From Elsinoe ampelina (lineage: Eukaryota): a DNA stretch of 64,000 nt. The notes below the pieces were generated by a model. It worked only from the letters and a program-made list of their open reading frames with translations, made no database searches and had not been told where the DNA came from. The DNA is taken from the NCBI GenBank assembly GCA_010093995.1, contig ML992514.1, positions 527,967 to 591,966 of the forward strand. The letters run 5' to 3'. This document shows, one piece after another, positions 48,567 through 62,331 of the stretch. The translations under genes were made by a program, and so were the position numbers. The stretch's first letter is position 1; each line of letters opens with the position of its first letter.

Positions 48567-48769
48567 TAATTACGACTAGTAAGATAAGAGATTAATTACG
48601 TCTATTTATTAAGATATTAAGACTTAGAAGAAGAAGAAGAAAAGCTAGTATATAAAGCACACGTAATATCGAGGGCGAAGCGGCCGGAAGCCCGGGCTAT
48701 AATGCCGAGATTACGTAACCAATCTAAACTAGATCCTAACTAAATCTAGTTCGTATCTATCTCGTATTA
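48567..48769 (-). repeat. Gypsy 3' LTR
   Basis: Colinear with 54609-54811. Confidence 0.9.
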
Positions 48770-51700
48770 CTACTCTCTCTCTTAAGCGTATTTACTCTTA
48801 AATACTATTATATATTATTTATTAATCTATTTCGGCCTTAGCTTATCTATATAAAAGTCTAGATAGTTACGTAGTATATTAGCTACTCCTTTAAGATTGT
48901 TAATTAGCTACTAGGTAAGATCCTCTAGATAGCTTTTCTAGCTTATATAAGTAACTAGCTTTCCTTATAGTAAGTATATGTTAATTATATTATCTACCTT
49001 ATACTTCTCTTTACTATTAACCTCTATTAGAGGTAGTTCTTTAAAGGCTTAGCCTAGTAAGGGGTTATTTAGGTGTTTAGTAAGTAAGTTAGCGTAAAAC
49101 ACTAGGTAAATTTTTTATAGAGAGGCTAGTAAATCGAGCTTATATACTAGTAGTAATTGTTTCTTAAGGATCTTATAGAGACTAATATACTTTAGTAGTA
49201 GCTTTAGATTGCCTTATAGCTAGAGGTTCTTCGTTAATAGCTAAACTAAATCGCTAGCCTCGAACTCTATTAGCTAGCAGTGCTTATTAGCTTATTCTAC
49301 TATCTATAACTACGTAATAGCGAGGTTAGCCTTAGTAATAGCTAGTGCCTCTTCTAGTTACTTAGTAAGTACGTAGATGTCGACCTTATTTAGCTTAGCT
49401 CTTGTTAACGGTACGTTAGAAGGGGGCTAAAAGCTTAGCCTTAGCTTATACCCTCTAGTAACCTCGAATAGCAATAACTTAGTACTCTCTAATAGATTAA
49501 TATTAGTAGAGAATTCTACGACTAGTAGAACAAGTGTCTAATTGCTAAAGCGTATAGTGTATAAATAGATAACTCGCTTAAACTTGTAATTTATAACCTC
49601 TAATTAGCTATCTATTTATAGATGCTCTATAGTAGACAGTTTAGTAGTAATCTTTAAGATTTAGTAGAGCCTCTTCTATACGTCGCTAACGAACTAAGGG
49701 CCGCGGTCTAAGGTAATACTATCTAGTAGACTATGTAGTTTCTATACGTAGAAGAATAATAGCTTAGTAGTCTTAAACGCTAAAGTGCTACCTTCTCTAG
49801 AGAAGTATAGAATTAAGTACTATTTCTTAGATAGATAGTCGACGACATAGAGTACTACGTTATAACTATCTACTAAGAGTAGACTAGTAACGAAGTCTAT
49901 AGTAATATATTACTATAGTCTTACCGGAATAGGCAATAGAGAGAGAAGACTAGCTAGTAGACTATAGCGAGCCTTCGACTATTTATAGTTATAGTAGTTA
50001 GCGATAAACCTCTTTACGTTGCTATCGTATTTAGGAATATAGAAGGTAGTTTTAATTATAGTAGACGTCTTAGTAGCTCCCCTATATACGTAGTCTTTTA
50101 ATATATAAACCCCTTAGATAACTTTTGTAGCTATAGAGAAAGGCACGATTAATCGGCCGTCGGCCTATAGTATTCCCTTCTCGATTATAACATTAGTCGA
50201 CGGTAGCTATTTCCTCTTTAGGAAGGCCCCTATTATATAGTAGATGCCGCGAACTGTTTCGAAGTTAGAGTCTTATAAGTTAGCTTTAGCTACTTCGTTA
50301 AACAATAGTAAAGTTTACTCTCCTAAGGTCGAAATAGGTGCTATATAGGTGCCTAGCTTACGAGCCGAAATAGGTAGCGAACTAGTTCCTAAACTAGGTC
50401 CTAGTTTAGAAGCTAAACTAGATAGTAGTACAGGTAGTAAACTAGACAACGAACTAGTTCTTAGTTTAGCTTAAGTCGCAAATCTAGTTTAAATACGGCC
50501 TAGATTTAGTTCTTTAATAATATACTAATTAAGCACTTTATATAGTAATAGCGTCTAGCGTAAGTTAGGGTTCTCCTTTAAGCGTAGTATATCTCTATTT
50601 CTCCTTATAAGAGCGTCGGCTTTACTATTAGCTATACTAGGCCTATATATAATTTTAAAGTTAAACTACGCAAGGTAAAGGGCCTAGCGTACTTAGCGGC
50701 GTAATAGCTTCTAAGTCTTTATAAAGTGCATTAAGGATTAGTAGTTAGTAAGGACGTAGATAGCCTTATTAAATTAAGTACTTATAAGCTTAGAGGCCTA
50801 CTCTTCGAAGGCTTAGACGATAGCTAGTAGCTCCTTGTCGTAGATAGTATAGTTACGCTCGGCTTTGTTTATAGACTTACTAAAAAAGATAATAGGCTAG
50901 AGAATGTTAGACTTGTTATATTATAATAGAATTCCTATAGTAGTAGTGTTAGAAGTGTTAGTCTTAAGGACTATCTACTTTAAGTAATCGAAATACGTAA
51001 GGATAGGCGTACTTATAATAGTGTACTTTATATAGTTAAAGGTAGTAGTATATTTATTGTTCTACGGCGTAGTATCCTTCTTAAGTAGGTCGTTTAATAG
51101 CTTAGCGATAGTGCTAAATCCCTTAATAAAGCGGCGATAGTAGCTATAGAAACTAATAAAGCTTCTTACCTAAGTAGTATTACTAGGAGCTAGCTATTTC
51201 TAGGCTTATATAGCTTCTATCTTCTTTAGATCTATTTTAACTCTATCTCGGCCAATAATAATACTAAGATACTTTACCTCTATTAGGTAGAACTTACTCT
51301 TCTTAATGTTAGTATTTAGGTCTAATTCGTAGAGCCTCTAGAGTACTAGCTTAATATACTTAGCATGCTCTTAGTAGGAGCTATTCGTGTAGATAAGAAT
51401 ATCGTCTAGGTAGATCGATATAAAGCGCTCTAGTATGTTAACGAAGTTATAATTTATAAACCTCTACTAGACTATAGGGGCATTAGTAAGGCCGAATAGT
51501 ATTACTAGCTACTTAAAGTTACCTATACATATAGAGAATATAGTAAGATCTTTACTATCGACGGAGTTATAGAGATAGTAGAAGGCTTAATAGATATCGA
51601 TCTTACTAAACTATTTAGCCTTACTTACGCGTGTAAGCGTTTCTTTAATAAGGGGTAGAGAATAGATATCTCGCTTAGTTACCTTATTAAGGCTATAGTA

Positions 51701-54608
51701 GTTAACGTAGAGATAGAGTCCTCTACCTAGCTTATAAACAAAGAGAATAGGTAAGGAATAGCTAGTAGAACTTAGTGTAATAAAGCCTTTATTAAGATAT
51801 TCTCGAATGAATTATTCTACTATATTAAGTTCTTCTAGTAATAGGCGGCATAAAGGCTCTATACGTAGTAGCTTAGTACTATCTTTAAGTATAATACAGT
51901 TGTCGAAATCCGGCTAATGCTAAGGGAGCGTATTAGATTATTCTTTAGAGAAGACATTAGTAAACTCCTATAACTCCTCTAGGAGAACTAGTATAGAATC
52001 TAGTTCTAGCTTAGAGACTATCTAGTAGTAGTCTTTAATATTCTTTACCGAGATTATAAACACCTTATTCTCTTAGTATTTAGCTACTAATATAAAGGCA
52101 GCTACGCCGATAAAGGTAATAGTCGGCTCTTCTTATTTAGCGTTACTTACGTAGGCAAGTATATAGAAGAACTTATACATTAACTAAGTGCTATAGGAGA
52201 TTAGCTTAAACTCTCTCTAATTTAGCTTAAAGTTTAACTTAAGAGCTAGTAGCCGATATAGTCTAGTTTGTCTTAACTTAGTAGCTAAGCTAGAATCTAG
52301 TTAGCGAGCTAAACTAGAACTAAACTAGTTCTAAACTAGAATAGGAATTTTGCCGAGCTAGATTCCTAGATCTAAGCCTAGCTTAGATCTAGATCCTAGC
52401 CTTTTAATTAGCTATAGTAGCTTCTACTTAATAACGACTAGTAAAAACTCTTCTTTGTATATAACTTAGCTATACTTATAGTCGATAGTAGCCCTATTAG
52501 CCTTAAGCTAACTAAGGCCGAGAATAATGTCGAAACAGCTAATATCTATAATATAGAAAGTAGTAAGAGCGTTTAGCTTGCCGGAGACAGTAGTAGTAAG
52601 AGAGACACTATATGTAACTTATTCTATTAGAACGCTATTATAAGCTTAAAGCTAAATAGAGCTAGCTAACGCTACGGGGCAGCCGAAGCTCTTTAGCTTA
52701 TTAAGGACGTTATAATTAACTACGGCGCCGATAAGCACGCTAGTATCGATAAAGGCTTAGAGCGTAATAGTGTAAGAGTAGTTATAAGGGTCGTAAATAG
52801 TAATAGGAGTTATAATAGCGGAGATGTAGTAGCTAACAACGCTGTTTATTAAATATATACCTCCCCTAGATCTATCTTAAATTACTCTTATTCCGCTAGA
52901 AAATAAAGCTTGTTCTCTAGCTACTTATTTCTCTAGCTAGAGAAACTAGTAGGTTCGTAGTCCGTTTCGGGGTCGAACTAAGGCTAAACTAGATCCAGTT
53001 TATAAGCCGAACTAGTGTCGACTTAGTTACTTAACTTAGCTAAGCGATTCTAGAGCTGCTATATTTCTTCTATAGCGCTAATATATACGGGGTATATAGT
53101 AGCGTAGGTAGCCTTCTCTAAGGCGCTAGCTATACACTTAGTAGAGATATAGCTAGGCTTGCCGCATATATAATAGATAAGTGTCTAAGTTAGATAGAAA
53201 GGCTATAAAGCGCCTCTAGTAATAGAGTAGAAGGTAGCTAGAGTAGTAGGTGTAGAAGTAGAATAAGGCACGCGAATTAGTACTATAGTAGCGTAGCTTA
53301 TAGCTAGGCTAGAGCGTAAGGCTTAAGTGCGCTTAGTAATAAGGTTGCTCTATTAGATATTATAGTTAGTAGCGTAGGCCTTTCTAATAAAAGTAGTAAG
53401 GTTATTAGTATCGAAGTTAATAAGGGCGATATATAGTTTATTAGATATCTTCTAATAGATCTAGTATAGCTACTTCTCCTTAGCGATCTTAGCGCAAAGA
53501 GCGTACTTATTAAACTCGCTAATAAAGGAGTTAAATATACTATTACGCTAGAAGAAATTAGTAAACTAAGTGTATATAGTAGCTCTATAGTTAGGATCCT
53601 TAAAGCGCTAGGCTAGGAGAGTAAGAACCTCTTTAACGCTAATAACGTCGTTACTAGCTAAGTCTATAACAAGGGTATAGGCTTCTCTAGAGAGACGTAA
53701 GTATAGATAGGCGAACTAAGTAGCCTTAGTAGAGAAGTAGTTAGCGTTAGTATATATCTTATTCTTTATCTAATATTTAAAGACCTCGAACTATTCTAGA
53801 GTACTACTAGAGAAGATAGTAGAGTCTAGTATCTTCTCTAATAATGTAACGCTACGTATAGAAGAGGCTAGTATAGCGCGTTCTATCTCGGCTCTTAGCT
53901 AGGCTAGTTTAGTTTTAAGTTTACTAATGTTAGTAAGATAGTACGTAGTCTAGGTAGTAAGATTATTAGTAGTACTATTAGCTATATCTAGTTTAATAAG
54001 GACGTTATTTAACTAGTTATATAGATCGAGAGTATTAGTACGCGCTAAGTTATATATAGTAACCTATTTATTATAGGTGGACTTAATAAAGGTAAAGGCC
54101 TTACATAGAGTAATTATACTATCTAACTCTTATAATCTCTTCTTTAGGTCGAAGTTATTAAGGCAGATAAGGTTATAATAGAATAACTAGATAGGTTCGT
54201 TATTGTTATTAGTAGAGAGTAGAGGGATCTTACTTGTATAATAGTTATCGTCGCCGTAGTTAGAGCGAGCTATACTTAGCGTAGTTAGTTATAAATAGAA
54301 TAGTATAAAAAGTTAGCGCGTAATAAAGGGAATATTAAAATCTTTAGCTAGTAGCCTACTTCCTTTAAGAGTCGTCTATAACTTAACTTATTACCTTCTT
54401 CTTATATTTGTAGTTTATAGTATTAACCTATATAGTAGCAGCAAGGATCTATTATAGTGTACGCGGGAACTATAGTTATAATAGCTTCTTCTTTAATTCT
54501 TTAATTCTTCGTAAGTAGTAGTTATTAGTAGTTATATAAGTAGTAGAATAACTAGATAATTTAATAGCTCTATTACTTAGTCGCGGTCGTTATAAAGTCT
54601 TAATATAG

Positions 54609-54811
54609 TAATTACAACTAGTAAGACAAGAGGTTAATTACGTCTATTCGTTAAGATATCGAGACTTAGAAGAAGAAGAAGAAAAGCTAGTATATAAAGC
54701 ACATGTAATATTAAGAGCAAAGTAGCTAGAAGTCTAGGCTACGATGCCGAGATTACATAACTAATCTAAACTAGATCCTAACTAAATCTAGTTCGTATCT
54801 ATCTCGTATTA
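54609..54811 (-). repeat. Gypsy 5' LTR
   Basis: Colinear with 48567-48769. Confidence 0.9.
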
Positions 54812-56405
54812 AGATAGTCTATAACTTTATACTAAGATTAATTAGTCCTTGTAGTAACTATAGTAAATACTAATAGTAGACAATTATTATTATCCCTTAA
54901 TACTATAGTAGTAACATTAGGAACTTTAGAGTTATTCTTAAGAATATATTAGTTATACTTTAGTATAACTAAGAANNNNNNNNNNNNNNNNNNNNNNNNN
55001 NNNNNNNNNNNNNNNNNNNNNNNNNNNNNNNNNNNNNNNNNNNNNNNNNNNNNNNNNNNNNNNNNNNNNNNNNNNNNNNNNNNNNNNNNNNNNNNNNNNN
55101 NNNNNNNNNNNNNNNNNNNNNNNNNNNNNNNNNNNNNNNNNNNNNNNNNNNNNNNNNNNNNNNNNNNNNNNNNNNNNNNNNNNNNNNNNNNNNNNNNNNN
55201 NNNNNNNNNNNNNNNNNNNNNNNNNNNNNNNNNNNNNNNNNNNNNNNNNNNNNNNNNNNNNNNNNNNNNNNNNNNACTAGTAGAGTTAACCCCTTCTAAT
55301 ATTATACTTCCTTAGTAATAGAAGTCTTAATTCTCTCTTTAAGAGTCTTATTATTTAGCCTTTATTTAATCTCCTTTATAGTCTACTAGTTTAGTGTCTA
55401 TCCTTCTAGCCTTAGATACTTATTTAAGTAATAGCACTTAATCTACTTATGCCGGCCTTAGTATATACATTTAGGCTCCCTAAGGGAACTAGGTTTCTTA
55501 TAAAGAATATTCTTAGTAGCTATAGAGAAGACTATAGCTCCCTTACTAGCCTTTATAGTACTATATAGCTTATAGAGTTTATAAAACTATCTAAACTTAG
55601 TAATTAGTTTAAGTATAGTTAGTAGAGTTAGTAAATCTAGATTAATAAAGTACTTATTAGTAAATACTAGTTTAGCCTTTAAGATAGAGAGTAAAAAGTC
55701 TCTCTATAGCCTTAAGCCTTAAGCTTCTAGTAGATTATAGTTCCTAGCCTTATCTATAACCTCTTCCTATTACTAAAGCTAATAGTCTATATTCTATAAG
55801 GAAGAACTAGAGAGTTATTTCCTCTAGAGTGCTTTAACCTTAAGCTATATAGCTATATTAGATAGAGTAAATCTGTTCTTTAAGGCTCGAAGAATAGCCT
55901 ATAGATAAGGATCCCCTTCTAGCTAAATAATAGTAAGAACTTATAGTACAATTAATAACTAAATAAGGCTAGCTAAATTAGCTAAGGCCTTATACTATTT
56001 GTTATATTATACTTGTTTCTCCTTATATATCTAGAAGAGTACTAAGAAGTTAGTATTTACTACCTCTAGCCTCTAAGGCTTAGGGAGCCCTTCTAGCTTA
56101 CTAGCCTTCTAGGGATTAATAAGGTTCTATATCTTAGTATTTAACGCTCTTATCTTAATAATATATAGCTAGCTAGCCTATTTAGCTAATGTAGTAAGAA
56201 TAATAGGTATTCTAGCTATTAAGATATTAGTATCTATAGTTGTTTATCCCTTTATTAACACCTAAATCCTGTAGTTATAGTTAAGGTAGTTCTTAATAGA
56301 TTCTAATGTTTAAAAAGTAAGATAGTAGAGAATTAACTAATAAATAGAGTAGGAAAGTAACTAAGTAATATACTTATATAGGGGTAGTTATACCGGGCTT
56401 ATAAC

Positions 56406-56665
56406 TATTAACTTATGTAGGGGAGGAAAAAGGATTAATTACTGCCTAATCTACTAAACTAAGGTAGATTATAACTACATAAATACTTAACCTAATAAAC
56501 TAAGAGATAGCTAAATCAATAGAACTCCTAAATAACAACAGATTAAGACAATAACCATCTAATTTAATTATAAACTAGTGGAGTAGTGGATAAGTGTTCA
56601 GTTCTACTAGGGGATGAACTGAATCAGGGTCCTTCTTGGCGCTCTAGCTTATACCTCGGTTGACA
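56406..56665 (-). repeat. Copia 5' LTR
   Basis: Colinear with 45080-45339; PBS on its inner side. Confidence 0.93.
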
Positions 56666-57321
56666 GCCCTGTTACCGGACGTATCGGCCACTGCTTCTCC
56701 CGCCTTTCGTAACGACAGTGTGATGCGATTGCTAATGATATATCAATTGAAACAGGCTTGATGGACTGCTTCCGGTATGCATGGCTTTACTGTCTCGTCA
56801 GAATGTCTAGAAGTTTCTGTTGAAACGTCACCAGCACAGCTTGGTTGTCGCCGTGTCGCTAGCTGAAGAGTGCGGCTCTGTCCCGCCCTGCCAAGACGTG
56901 CGGCTCCACACCACACCACTGCCTATATCGGAACTCTCTTCGTTTCTCACCAATTACAATCACAACACAACCCTCGATCCAGAAACACTAGCTCTGCTCC
57001 TACTCGACGCTCTGACTGCTGCTGCGCTGCCTGCCTGCTGCCGCAGTTACATTCTGCTAAACTCTATCTTGCCGCGAAACTGACTTTAGCTCCTTGCAGA
57101 AGCTTTCCCAATTCCTCACCGGCACTCGCTGCCTGCGACCTGCACAACACACACATCGACACCGCGCCAACGATCCTTCCTCGACTTATCAAGCGCCACT
57201 AGAACCACGCTTGAGGTCATAGCTGTCAGCCGCAGCCTGCGAGAAACACTCAAGTCAAGCTCTCAGATCGACCCTCCGGGAGGGTAAACACATCACCCGG
57301 TACCAACACACAAAATCTACA

Positions 57322-58915
57322 ATGGCATCAGAATTAGCGAATCAGCTGAGTGGCACATCGCTCAACGACAATTCAGCCCAAGGAGATGACTGGAAGGCGG
57401 GATTGAAGAAGCCGAATAAGGATGGAAGACAACAAACGGAAGTGAGTACGCATGTGCGCCGTCAAAGCTGACCGCTGACAATCCAAGGATGTTACAGCTA
57501 CAAAGGGTCTCGAGTTTGAGGATTTCTACATCAAGCGCGAGCTCATGATGGGCATATTCGAAGCTGGATTCGAGAAGCCCTCACCTATCCAAGAAGAGGC
57601 TATCCCCGTAGCTCTCACAGGTCGTGATGTCCTAGCAAGAGCAAAGAACGGTACAGGAAAAACTGGTTCATTCGTCATCCCCACACTCGAGCGTGTCAAC
57701 CCAAAGAACAGCAAAATCCAGGCGTTATTACTGGTCCCAACAAGAGAGTTGGCCCTTCAGACTTCACAGGTATGCAAGACGCTCGGCAAACACCTCGGGA
57801 TCAATGTCATGGTTACTACCGGTGGCACGAGTCTCCGAGACGATATCATCAGGTTGAATGAGACGGTACACATCCTTGTCGGAACCCCTGGCAGAATCTT
57901 GGATCTTGCTGCAAAGGGCATTGCCGACCTCTCTGATTGCCAGACCTTTGTCATGGACGAGGCTGACAAGCTTCTTTCCCCCGAATTCACATCTCAGATC
58001 GACCAGCTGATCGCCTTCCACCCAAAGGATCGCCAGATTATGCTGTTCTCGGCCACATTCCCCGTCATTGTGAAGGACTTCAAAGATAAGCACATGAACG
58101 ACCCTCACGAGATCAACCTCATGGACGAGCTTACCCTCCGCGGTATCACCCAGTACTACGCCTTCGTTGAGGAGAAGCAGAAGGTTCACTGTCTCAACAC
58201 TCTCTTCTCTCGCCTCCAGATCAACCAGTCCATCATTTTTTGCAACAGCACACAACGTGTGGAGCTGCTTGCAAAGCGCGTCACCGAGCTTGGATACTCG
58301 TGTTACTACTCCCACGCCCGCATGATGCAGCATGCTCGTAATCGTGTCTTTCACGACTTCCGAGCCGGTCACTGCCGCAATCTGGTCTGCTCCGATCTGC
58401 TTACTCGTGGTATTGATATTCAGGCTGTCAATGTGGTCATCAACTTCGATTTCCCAAAAAACGCCGAGACATATCTTCATCGCATTGGTCGATCTGGTCG
58501 TTTTGGACATCTAGGTCTGGCTATCAATCTGATCAGCTGGGAGGACAGATTCAACCTCTACCGCATTGAGCAGGAGCTCGGCACTGAGATTCAGCCTATT
58601 CCCAGTAATATCGACAAGAGCTTGTACGTATACGAGACTCCAGAGAACATTCCTCGTCCGATCTCTGGTGCACCCCAGCAGCGTCAGCCACAAGGTCCGT
58701 CCGACAATGTCCGTGGACGTGGTGGGTTTCAGCAGCGGGGAATGAGCCGTGGTCGTGGTGGCTACCAGGGTCAGGGTGGTCAAGGTGGTCAGGGTCAGGG
58801 TCAGGGTCAGGGTCGTGGTGCTCCTAGGGACCCAACTCAGCAGCGTCCTCAGAATGGATTTGCACCACGCGGACAGGCTCAACCACGTGCACCTCCGGCT
58901 GCTGCGCAGTCGTAG
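57322..58915 (+). CDS. DHH1: DEAD-box RNA helicase Dhh1/DDX6
   Basis: Exon 1 57322-57441, intron 57442-57487. [46 protein letters not shown] tail. Confidence 0.97.
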
Positions 58916-60101
58916 AGATATTTTCAGCATGACCGACGGAATTGTGGCGCACGAACGGCCTTTCGCCAGCGACCTGGATGAGTTTTCACGAATCTGACGC
59001 TCGTTCCGACCACTCGGAGTCTGGCTTCCTTTTTTTTTAATTTGTCTTACGAAAATCTCTTTCATCCTCGTTTAGTCTGGATGTACTGCATCGCGATACC
59101 CGAACTTCTCGCGTTTCGTAGTGGTAGCAGTCCTACCGCCATGCCGACCAGACGAATTACCTCCTCACGCCACACACGACCTGTACAGTATTCTCATACA
59201 CACTTTTCGATCTCGATCAGCATCTCAAAATCACCTTCAAACATCAGCTCATACCATGATGCATGAGCCATCTGTACATACTGCCCCCCCACAAGGTCCA
59301 CTGGACCATTGCTCTTTTCCACGTCAACAATCGACAACAAAAGCAATACACCAAATTCCCTCGATCCATCGACCCCATTGGATCATCGATAACTCCATCA
59401 CAGAGGCTCCTAGCTCTGCCAGAATTCTGCCGCCGCTAGCAACTATCAAACGACGATGTTGATCATCTGCGCTTCACTCATTCAGTAGCAGACCAGATCA
59501 GTCCGTGTCTTTGCTCTATGATTCTCTCGTCATATCATGACGAGTGAGATCATCAAGACCAATGACTCGGTAGAAAGAAATCAAGCAAAATGACCCTCAT
59601 GGACTACATGTCAGCTAGCAGATCCAGTCATGTCTGCCATTGAAGAATCTGGCTCTCTTGTTCTCTGTGGCCTCCGGTTTTTGTCCTTCTGTCTTTTGGC
59701 AGAAACGTCTTTTTTCCCGGAAGCTGTAGGGCCAGCAAGGTGAGGTAGAACGGAAGGCATGGTAGGCTCTGTAGCTGTGGCAATGAAATTTGGTAATGAG
59801 ACGAAGTATGCCTCCTTTGTGTGCTGTGAATCCCATCAATCATGCAATGACTTCGTGCTGCGCAACATCGCGTTGCCTCCTAGAATAATGGGTCGTGAGT
59901 GCGGTGCGGGGGTCTGCAGCCCTGCAAATCGGGCAGAAAGGCCCGAGACAGCTCGTTCTTGGGAGCTGTTCCCCTGCGAGATCAGCAGACTGGGGGCTTC
60001 TGTGCCGAAGCTGTTTGGCAGCTTTCCAGTCCCCAAAATCGCTTCCTTGCCAAGCGACTATCAATTCTTTCTACTCTTGTCTGGTCAACTCCGCTGACAC
60101 C

Positions 60102-61182
60102 ATGGCGAATGTCTTTGGAGCGCTCAATCGCTTCATCTCGAGGCTGGATGCTGATCAACCACAAAGACCTACGGGCGCAGGAGCTTATGGCTTTCAGGTC
60201 TTGAGGAACCTGAACTTGGAACTAGCCATTGAGCCTTGGTTTGACTTTATCATTGGCATCAATGGGCATTCGATTGTGAGAGCCTCCATGGCTTCTCCTG
60301 ACCACCTGTGCTGACAATCTCCAGGACAATCCCGATCCCAATCTGCTTGCGACCGAAGTCAAGAACTGCGCCGGGTCAACAATCAGTCTAGGTGTCTTTA
60401 GCGCAAAAGGTCAGGCAACCAGGGAGCAGTACGTGCCGGTACCACCAGACACTGGATCGCTAGGGCTCTCGCTGCAATGGACACCTCTGTCGAACACGGA
60501 TGACGTCTGGCATATCCTCGATGTGACACCGAATTCACCGGCGGACAATGCTGGCTTGTTACCTTACAGCGACTATGTGATTGGTAGCCCCGAAGGCCCA
60601 TTGAGAGGAGAGAACGGCATGCCGGAGCTTGTGGAGGCTTTCTTGAACAAACCACTGCGGCTTTATGTCTATAATACCGAGTATGATGTTACGCGGACAG
60701 TCACCATTACACCTTCAAGAGCATGGGGCGGAGAAGGAGCGCTAGGTTGCGTCCTTGGATATGGAGCGCTACACCGTGTGCCCGCACCCTTGACAGAGCC
60801 GTCTCAGGCGCCAGGAGAGACCCTCTTCGAGACTGCTAGGTTCAGTAACGAGGAGCCTCGTGCGTCTCCAGCGATGCTGCAGAATGGTTTTCAGGGCACA
60901 GCCACTGGTGCGTCAGAACTGCTCACCCCTACGAATCTCTCTGCAGGACCACCGAAAGCTGCAGCAGGGCCGCCGAGAGGAGCGAAAAAGGCTCGAGCGC
61001 ACCATAACATCTCTCCGGGCGCAGGCATTGACGAGTACTTTGCCGAAGGAGAGGCGAAGAGCAGAGAGCTCGAGGGAGGATCCTCGACACCTAAGAAGGC
61101 ATCGTCGCTGCCACCACCTCCGAAAGGCGGCCCTCCAAAAGCCAAGTCACCTGCACCTGCGGAAGAAGCAATTGTGGAATGA
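60102..61182 (+). CDS. GRH1: GRASP55/65 family Golgi protein Grh1
   Basis: YGFQVL..IEPWFDFIIGING, WHILDV.PNSPA..AGLLPYSDY, WGGEGALGC.LGYGALHR; intron 60276-60324. Confidence 0.92.
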
Positions 61183-61195
61183 ACATTGATACGGC

Positions 61196-61977
61196 TTACG
61201 ACGATGGTACTGTCTTCTCCACTATGCCGACTACCTCTTCGAGGCTCTTTACTACTGCAGTTGGTCGAGCTTTGTCGTCTGCCGCCAATTGATCGATCCA
61301 GCCCTTGCCGTCTCTGTCAACCCAGATCGCCTGCATCCCCACGGTCCTGGCGCCAACGATATCGAAAGGATTACCCGAGACGAGCCACAGCTTACCCATC
61401 TGATTTTTGCCCAAGCCGACCTGCTCCGCTAGGTGCCAATAGACTTCCGGCGCGGGCTTGAACTTCTTGACTTTCTCAACCACGACGATGTCTTGGAACG
61501 TGCTCGCATATGGCGACAGATCTGGCGACTTGTGCACGGAATTGGCCACCATCTCCTTGGTGCCATTGGAGAAGACAACAGCCGAGATGTCGGACTTGTT
61601 CTGCAGAGAGGTCAAGCAGCCAGATACGTCCGGGAAGATGGAAAGAGAATCGTATGCGGTCATAAGATCGTCGACATCAGAGTCTGAGAGGGACAATGAA
61701 TGCTCTGCCACAGCATGGAGGAGAGACCGGCGGGTAAGCGTAGAGAAAGGCTCATACTTTCCTGCACAACAAAGCATTAGCAAGACCAGGATAGTCGTAG
61801 AACACACATACCCATCGATGTCAGTCTCCACGTGTATTCAAGCTGGTATCTCCGCCATAATGCAGCTACCGAAGATGCCTTTTCTTGCCCAAAGTGTGCG
61901 GCGAGCTTGGAGGCGATGGAAGCGGTGGAGAGGAGGGTCCCGTACGCGTCGAAGGCGATGACTGTTTTTGGCGCCAT
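61196..61977 (-). CDS. Haloacid dehalogenase type II (L-2-HAD-like)
   Basis: IAFDAYGTL, WRRYQLEYTW, FSNG, FKPAPEVY, VSGNPFD; intron 61762-61811. Confidence 0.9.
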
Positions 61978-62331
61978 GATGAGTGGGGACACAGACAAGT
62001 AAAAGCAGATTGGATGGCAAGAACAATGTCGTTGTTTCTCTCAAGCCGCACAATATATATCCGTCGTGAGGGCCGAGGGCTGCCCCTCGCTCTCCCGACG
62101 TCATGCCCGCTGCTCCGCTGTGGTTGATGAAACTCAATTCGCTCTCCCTCTTGCTTCCATCTCACTATATTGTCAAGACATTTATCGTGAAGCGCGGAAG
62201 TGACCTCTGATCTGCTGCATCGAGCACTCTACAGTATACTTCGGTAGAGTGAATGGGTGCCCTGAAAATACAGTGCTGACACTTTTGATGAAACCAACAG
62301 GTCAGGTCCGCTAGGTACCTGTCCATATACA

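Larger units (their letters stand above)
48567..54811 (-). mobile_element. Full-length RIP-mutated Ty3/Gypsy chromovirus nested in the Copia element
   Basis: 203-bp LTRs at 48567-48769 and 54609-54811. TSD AGATA at 48562-48566 and 54812-54816. PPT at 48770-48783. Minus-strand motifs: CCHC ~53135-53180, protease AFIDT ~52740-52756, FGLTNAP, YLDD at 51401-51412, RNase H IYDKELLA, integrase DRGP*F, chromodomain relic ~48880-49010. Confidence 0.93.
45080..56665 (-). mobile_element. Full-length RIP-mutated Ty1/Copia LTR retrotransposon, interrupted by a Gypsy element
   Basis: 260-bp LTRs at 45080-45339 and 56406-56665 (TG...CA). TSD GCCCT at 45075-45079 and 56666-56670. PBS GTTATAAGCCCGG. Minus-strand relics in Copia order: gag knuckle ~55430-55475, integrase TPYT*A*N ~48185-48215, RT *IDIVNA ~46620-46645, LNKALY and FFVDNI, RNase H LANSLTK ~45445-45470. 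Confidence 0.93.

Noticed and set aside
58760..58815. GGTCAG repeats in DHH1
   Set aside because: Encodes the ordinary GQ/RGG low-complexity tail of Dhh1.
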